A DNA stretch of 64,000 bases from positions 1-64,000 of IMG/VR virus record IMGVR_UViG_3300017763_000002; one strand, written 5' to 3'. The notes under the pieces were generated by a model, which ran no database searches, was not told the origin of the DNA, and saw only the letters and a list, made by a program, of their open reading frames with translations. The translations under genes and the position numbers were made by a program. This document shows, piece by piece, positions 24,701-33,700 of this stretch; the stretch's first letter is position 1; each line of letters opens with the position of its first letter.

Positions 24701-27700
24701 GGAAAATTATATGCTTCTGGTTTAGATAGTGGTGAGTTAGGTTTTATTGGATTAATGGATAATTCAGAATTTCAAAATACGGTGTTAGGTAATAGTACCG
24801 AAGGTTCTCAGCACAGATCGTATAATAAATTTTGGGCGCTGGAAGGAATAGGAACTGATACTGAAAATCATAGGGTAAAGATTTTTGAAAATGGTAGTGG
24901 CGGCATTAGTAGTTCAGACCAAAATGAAACCATATCTAATGATCAATCAACTTTTGTAAATTCTGAAGGAGGAAACACAGTATTTATTTGCGGAGGAAAA
25001 CTTTATGGAATGGGTCACAATCAGGGTTATTCTTTAGGGTTGTGCGCTACTTCATCAAGCACATTTGGATTAGGTAACCGATCTCAAGGCTACAGAAAAG
25101 ACGGTAATGATGATCTTGATAAACAGAGAAAGAGCGAAGCTGTGCAAGACTTTTTTGAAGCATCCTTGCATTTCGATTCAGATTATTATATTAATCTACA
25201 AGTCAATCCTGGCAGCACAATCTATAGCCTTGGAGACAGTCAGCAACAATTTAGTACAGATATGAGCACAGATCTTGTTGCGTGGAACCATTTCACTAAA
25301 AAAGGTTTTTATCAATCAATTAATGACGAATGGTCTTTAATAGGATATACTAAAAAAGATGCGAACTTCTGGGGTAGTACGTCAAATCAAATATCCCAAC
25401 TTACAAGCGATTGGTATTTTGTTGAACCTTATAATTCTAGCTCTTGGATATCTCATCCAGGATCAATGGAAGCGACAGCTTTATTTACTCCTAATTATAT
25501 GCCTTCTGATTTTTGGCAGACAGGAGGAATACACGCATACAATTTAGACCAAAAGACACCTGCAGGTAGTTGGGGCGTAATGAATCTAGCAAACCTTGAC
25601 GCTTACTTTGAGTCGAGTATTTTTGAAAGGATGGATAAGCTTATTGAAGACGAAGATTATTTTAATGCCTGGAAGAACAATATGGCTCAATATAAATATG
25701 TTGAAAATTCAAGCGTTTATCATGGAACAGTTGATACATCTTCTGGATCTCAACCTAGGCTGGGCTGGAACGGTATACTCATAAATGAAAATTCTTTAAA
25801 ACGTTTTTATGACATGGGCGACTTCGTGACTTCATCAACATGGATGAGCCAAATGAGGATCGGAAGAACAGTTGCTATTTCTGGTGAAATTGATGGATCT
25901 GATTCGGGCTTTAAGCTGGCTACGTCTCATGAAAATGGAGTTGCTAGCCTAAATCCAGTATCAAGCCCAGATTATAGTTACTATAATAATTCCCAAACTT
26001 ATGGTTATGACGGGAGCATGGGAAAATGGGCTAAGGTATTCACTCATAATAAATCACTTTATATTAACGGCAAACCCTTTTGGGATCCAGTGCTGGGAGA
26101 ATCAGAGCACATCGTGATTGATACTATAACTGGAGAATATAATGCAGGAAATTCTGGTTCCGATAACCGAGCGACTCCCCTAGGTATTTATAAATTAAAT
26201 TCTGAAAAAAATATTTCGTTCGGGAATTACCCTAGAAATACCAGGCTAGAATCAGATTTACAAATAATTATTCCAAACAATTTAGGAATTAGTAATTTAC
26301 CTGGAGGAAAAAGAAATATTGATGGTCTTGGTAACGCAAGCAAGGAAATTATTCCTGCGAGAACATATGTTCCGTACGCGACTAAATTAACGGACGAAGA
26401 TGTAACTTGGGCTGCGACAAACAAGTATTCTACATTTTACATTAACCCCCAAGGGCAAGTAAAAGCTTTAGGTTCAGTCTGCGCTTGTCCTTTTTATAAA
26501 ATACAAGGATTAAGCGTTCCGCAATCTTTTGAGTTAACTCCTGGCGGAGACTTCGGCGGTTTGATGGGCGTAGAGGGTAACTATTCGTCTCCAGCTGTAT
26601 CTATAAATTCATTTGATGCTTTTGGCTCACTTACAATTACTGCAGATGACGCAAGCCCTGTGTTTAAAAATGATAATTGGGCTTTAATTCTTTCTGCGGC
26701 GGGAACTACCTCTAGTAGTAATTTACAAACTCATGCAGCTGATGTATTTAGTGGAGATGACATTTATTTCGGATCAGATTCTAGCGAATATATATTTAGA
26801 GATCAAATATCCCAGGAAATTATTATTGAATCTCAAATTACTGCGTCTTTATATGGTCAAAATTTGCTAAAAGTTATGTATGATGATAGCAGCTATAAAG
26901 TTGCAGCCAATAGTTGGATGATAAGATTTACAGAGAAAGGGGCGGGATTAAATGGCAGTGATATAGTTTCAGACTTGAGATGGTACGCAACTAGTTACAA
27001 TCATTCTATTTTAGTTAGAGCTGTTTATTTATTAGTATTAAGGAGAGAGGCTGATTCTCTTGGACTCAGTCATTTTTCTGGACAAAACCACTATGGAGTT
27101 AATATGACTCTTTATCAGCTGATTGGAGCATTAATGTTAAGCGAAGAATTTATAAGTAATGATGCTGCTAGTTTAACTAAACGATATGTAATAGATGCTA
27201 ACCCAGAATCTCCGCAGATTTCAAACGATCCCAGGGATTGTTTTCCGGCAATGAAAAAAATGATGAAGATATGGAATCATTATGGAAATACTTCGTTTCA
27301 ATATTGGGATGGAGATTCAAACATGAGCACTTCTCACATGCTGCGGATTTCTAGTGAATACATAGGAGCTATCGTAATTAATAACTGCGAACGAGAAGAA
27401 GTCAACGGTATATATCGCCCGTCAAAAGGATGGGATGATAATGATTTTAATAGTACTGCAGATAGATCTTGGTACGAGCACGCTCATAATCAAGGAGGTA
27501 GGGATGATGATAAAGGTATATACGTAAGCGATAAAAACACTCAATACGGAAAAATCTTAATTTATTGGGATGCTAATCTTGATATTTGGAGAATGCAGTA
27601 CTCTGATTTTTGGCTGCAGGATACTACAGGAGATGGACTCAGGGCTCAAAGATTAATTGGAATGCAAAAACATTATTACAACGCCAATGGAGATTTGGTT

Positions 27701-30700
27701 AGATCCATTAAGAGTAATATCGGAACCCCGCAAGATGTTGATGAATGGTACATCGGCACAGGAGAATGGCTTACATCTACAGAGCCTGAAACTGTTGATG
27801 TATTTAGTCAACCTAATGATTTCATTGATTCAACCAGGGTAATCTATGCGCCACCAGAAAACTCATTTATTAATAATCTCCATGGGCCTACCAGAATGTC
27901 TATTGTGCCTAAGCTACTAAATAAAACTCCAGGATCTGCGGATCCAGATGCAATTTTCGACAACATGAATTACGCTCAACAATTCAATAATTTTGGATCT
28001 CAAATTCCTGATCGAAACGGCGGGCCTAGCGCTTTCGTTAACGATGATTTATACCAACTGGACCAACAGATTTATCGCTTAGTAAAAAGGTTTACTGATG
28101 ATGGCCGAGCATTTTCTCCAGTTCATTTTGCAGATAGATTTGCATCAAGGACTAGGCCTGGGGGGTTAGAAGCTCTAAGGCCTGATAATAACGAAGTTTA
28201 TCCACGCATCGGTGCGGGGCTTGATTGGAATTTGTGGCCAGAAGATGTAGATTTTGTAAACGAATTTTCTCTTAATGAACAAGCTATAGGTGATCTACTG
28301 CACTTTCAAGGCGGAGCGCTAAAAGAAACTTTAATATATACTTCTTTAGATACAAAAGCCGACGCAAATATTACTAACGATGGATTAGATCTATGGCGAT
28401 TAAATTTAACACAAAATTCCAATATAACTTTTAAATCTAAAATATTAAAAAATTCTGGAAATTTTAGTGATCCTTCAAAAGTAAAATTTGGAATGTATAT
28501 ATTTAAGGACATGGGTTATGGTTACGTTAATGTTGCTGATTTTCAGATGCAGTGGCCCAATAATGGGCTGCCTAGTGGAGGTTATGGCGAATGGGCTCCT
28601 GTGAACACATATATAACACCTGATAGGTATTCTACTTTTATTGGCGGTGGAGAAACCGCAGCGCTAGCTGACTATTCAGATTTATTTACCGATCAATACT
28701 CTCTAGTAAAAGCTTTTTTTGCAAGATATTATAGGCCTGATAATTATGTATATTCCGACGCAGATCCTAATTACAATGCAACTGGGACCAGTGGGTCACT
28801 ATGGACGATTAATGGAGATATAATAACAAATCGCGGCTTGAATTGGACTCAGATGATCGACGTCCGAACTACTCTGAGAAACGCAGATGATCATTTTTTC
28901 GATAGGGTTATGAGTAGAAGTTTTGAAAACAGACCTATATTTCCAGGAGTGTCAGCTAACAGTTTTAACATGGGAACGCAAAATCCTTCTGGTGGATCGT
29001 ACGTAAGTCTTGATGCAAATAGTTTTGTAGATAACGAGCTAGTTTTAGATGTTAGCATTAACAACGCAGCCGCTGGAGGATATTATGTTTTACTTGTAGC
29101 TGAACATGCTTTTGATGCACCTGTACAAGATTTGCAATTAATTCAATCACAATACAATATTAATACAACTGCTGTGGCTACTTCAGGAACTTCAGAGCCA
29201 ATGTTTGTTAGCGAAGCAACAACCGAACATATCAACGGACAAGATGCTGAAACTAATGAACCTATAACTAATGGAGATACCCAGGCATTCACTAAAGATC
29301 CTTTGAAATATATAGCGAGAAATTCTTGGAGTTATAACGATTATAGTGCCTTTGTTAGTATGCTGGACGTTTACGATTGGCACGCAGACTTAACAGATTG
29401 GCAGTACTATTTTGATACTCAAGAAGCAGGCCTAGAGCAAGCTTTGAGAGATCGTCCCAGCAGGTTAAATATGAACCAAGCTAATCTTGGCCTGGCGCAT
29501 TGGAATAGTACTCTTAGTCTCGAGGACCGAAAAAAAAGATCAGAGCACATAAGGGGCTTGTTTGAGAAAAGGTTTAGCGCTAAAGCTACTTACTTTAGAG
29601 GTTTTGAGTCGATGAATCATAATGCAGATTGGGTTTACGATGAAATATTTGGATGGTCTACAAAAGCAATAGGAACTCATTCTCCTGCTAATAATGGCGT
29701 TTCTAACATTTATACAAGCTCTGCTGGATATTATTTTAGTAGTAGATATAATAATTGGTTTGAATTATCTAGTGCAGATAAAACAAAAAGAGATAATGGA
29801 GAGGCATTTGCTGTTAAATTTCTTAATCATGATTTTAATTTTAATTTATTTATTGAAGGGCAATCTGAATTTAATTTAGTATGGCCAGAGTCAAATTCTG
29901 CGACCTTTACTTATTTTGGTGCAAACGGACAAATGAACACTACTACAGGATTACGAAAGCCAGTAAGTAATACATATTCTCAATTAGATCAATATTCATA
30001 CAATACAGGTGATGTTGCAAAAATTGAATTAGCAGAAGGTAATGATCTCTTTAGGACTTTATATTTTGTGTCATTAAAAGATAATAACACTTCTTCATTA
30101 GGTTTCCTGGACAGTTTAGTTCAAGACGAAATCAAGGAGATGAATATTCCCGCGAGAAAAGGATTGTGCCAGAGATATGCTGTAGAGACTCATACGCTGT
30201 CTAGCGACTCCAGCTTGTCTGGGCCAATAACTATTTACAATCCAGCAGATTACAGCAACGACAAAGCTGTAAGGGTGGATATGGGTGAGTCTCACGCAAT
30301 AATTCTCACAGAGTCAGGAAAAGCGTACGGGGTTGGAGATAATTCCCAAAAACAAATAGACAAAATTTTTGAAAGATCAGATCAATTTAGCGGCGTCAAC
30401 CAAGACTCAGCTTTTGGTCCCAGTGATTATGATAATTGCTTATATCTCGTAGCAAATAAATCTAATCCAATTAGCCCTTATTTATCAAGAAGTGATTGGG
30501 ATGCAATCGAAAAGCCTGCGTTTCCTCTGGAGCGTTGGAAATACGGTCAGTCTTATAGTAGTGGAGAGAAAGTTTTCATTAAAAACGAAACATATAGTGC
30601 TATTTCAGCAGATGATTATGAAGTTTCAGAATCAAAGAAATCAAATGTTTTATTAAATGGCTTTTCTGGGTCTCCTTATTTAATCGACCATGAAAGATTT

Positions 30701-33700
30701 TTTGATTCTGGTGAATCTAGAATAAGAAATGAAACTATCTTTGCAAATACAATAGGAGAGCTATTTAAAAGAAATTGGAAAAATGGAAGAAATGCAGTGG
30801 GCGGCGGGGGCAACAGGGTGGCGGTTTATTGCGGGAAAATTGACGGAATAACTCACGACACATCTTTAAAAAATCATTACAGAGAATCGAGGGGAGACGG
30901 TTTCTTTTTAACTCAAGACTGTTACCTAAAGCCTCATGAAATTAAAAGCTTTTTTAAACAAGGCTCTGTGGTAAATAATTTATTTATAAAAAATATTAAA
31001 TGCTCTGGATATGGTTCGTTATTCCTTGACGCCTCAAATAATATGTATGGAATTGGAAACAATGAAATATCAAAATCAAATCAATCTCAATATACTGGAG
31101 GAGAAAGTATTGGGACTGTTTTTGGTTTAAATTCAGACTTTGATTACGGCCCTGAGTTTATTAAAGAGTCAGTATCTTTTATGCATAAGGCTGGAGATTT
31201 AGTTTCGTATATTTCACATGGATATTCTTACAAAGCTGGAGGTCAAAATTTATATCCCTACTTCGAAAATTATCAAAACGCGGGAGCAGAAGCGATCATG
31301 CTAGATTCTAGTGGGAATCCTATTTCGGCAAAAATGGTTTTCCTAGAAGGCCCTAGGTTTTGGGATAATAGGGACTGGTTTTTAAAAAGAAGTTTGTCTC
31401 AAAAAATAAATAATAATTTTTATTTAAAGGATGAACACTATCGGCCCGTGGACCTAGAAAGATGCACCCCGCACACAAGAAAAGGGCAGTTTACATCTAA
31501 TGTATTTGGATTACCTGTAATTAATGATTTTATACCTGAATGGAAAGACGAAGGGCAGTACCACGAGCTTATAAAAGGGGGTCAAATTATGGGCTCAGAT
31601 AAAAATTATTTACAAAATGACCGAGAAGATGATCCAACTTGGTTTAAATCTGTAGAAACTTACGGAGCTTTGTCTAGCGCTTTTGAATCCAAGCAACCAA
31701 GCCTTGTGACTTATCAAGGCAAAATATATCAATGTATACAAAGACACGGTCACGTATTTGGAGACGAAGCAAGCGACAAAATTCCATACGATAAAAACTT
31801 AAGCAAAAAATTTACTGTTGATTCTGAAGGAGTTTATACCGCAAGAGGCAGAGTCGGGGCGGGAATAATCCCTGGAGAATCGGGATCTGAACTTTATTGG
31901 CAGGAGGTATCTGATTTATCAAATAAAAATATGATTCAATTTTTAACTCAAAGATTAAAAATATTTAACTTAAGTTCAATGATTGTTGTTTCAGAAGATA
32001 ACAGTTTATACATCAAGGGGTTTAATTTTGGTTTATCTAAAGAGGCTGACGGAACTTGTTCTGGTATAAAAGATAACTCTGAATTAATTGCTTTTGAAAG
32101 AGGCGCGGATGTAGGCTCTAATTCTCCGGAGCAAAGACTGATTATAGAAAAATATTTTAAGGATAAGTATTTATATACAGATTTAACTCCGTTCAATACG
32201 TCTATAGATACTAGGCCCACCGTGCCAAAATGGAAAAGTTTTATAAATTTGATGTCTGAAAAAATTGAAGGATGGACGCATCCGAATCCAGTAAATGAAA
32301 CAGGACAATCTACTTTGTCAGGGGGAAGATCTTTGTCCCCTTTTGACTTTTTAGGCAATAATAGAAAAAGAGGTCAGTATTTTGTGGGGATTGATCCCAG
32401 CGAATATATCGATGTAGAAAATTTATCTTTAGAATTAAATCCCACATCTCCAATGCTATCCTGGGGAGAAACAAATTCAGCGCTGAATAATTTATTGTCA
32501 AATAATGTATTCGGGTTTCTCGAAAGTTGGACAGAGATTTTTAGAGCGATGGAAGATTGGAAACAAGGCGTTTCCGCCCACTATAGACAACCAAGACCGT
32601 TTATGTTTGACGGCTCTTTCTCTGAGTGTTTGAATCTTTCCTGGACAACTGTTGACCCATTTGCAAACTCTTTATTTTTAGCATACAGAGGGGCTTATCA
32701 GCCACCTGTAGAAATATCAGGAACCGAGACTGATTGGCTTTATCATCATTCTATAGTATTACCAAGTTCAATTGATTTGTCGACCTTATCAATTAATGTT
32801 AATACCAGGAATAGTATAACAAGTTTGGAACCAAATCAAAGAAACGGCGGATCTATAATGGAAATAAACACAGATTTATCTGACGCGCGTTACAACAGTT
32901 TTTATCCAGAACTTTTAAGATCTCCAAACCCAACATTATTTAATTGGTGGGACTTAATCAGAGACGCTGGGTCAAAAATAAAATACACAGCTTCATTTAA
33001 TACGGACGAAGCAGTAGAAAATCCATCTGCAGAATTTTCATTCATGGAGTTATTTTTCTCTCAACATAGCCCTAGCTCATTTCCCGTAAGTGATTCGGCC
33101 GAATTCTCCGCAAAACCACATATATCTGAGTCGGACAACCCTTGGAACGATAGAAACTCTAGTTCGTTTTACAATCCCTGGGGAAGCTGTAATTTTGTGA
33201 ACAATATATCAAATCAAACCCAGTGGCACATACAAGACGACGCGCCTACTCTTCAATCTTTTTCTGTATGGAATGCCAGGACAAATAGCATTCATACTCC
33301 GACTCTTAGGGCAGATGCAGATTCTCTTCAGAGCATTCTTAATTACAACTACAATCAAAGTTTATACGTTGATTTCTACAGTACTTACCTTAATGCGGCA
33401 AATAATAATAGCACTGATCCTGAGCTACCTAAATTCGTAGAGCTTACCGAAGCTTTCAAGCAGTTACAGTTTTTTGATACCGCGTCGCATTACGCTTTCT
33501 TTGTTAATTCTTATTTGCTAGATCCAGCGTCTTTACCTTTTGGAGGCACAATACCTAAATTTGGATATCAGAATAACAGCGGGTCAATAACATCCGCAGC
33601 ATCGTATAATACTGGAGAAAGAGTGTTCCATAAGGGATTCGCTTTTACGTCTTTAATAGATTCAAATAACTCAACGCCATCTTTTGGTGACGTATATTGC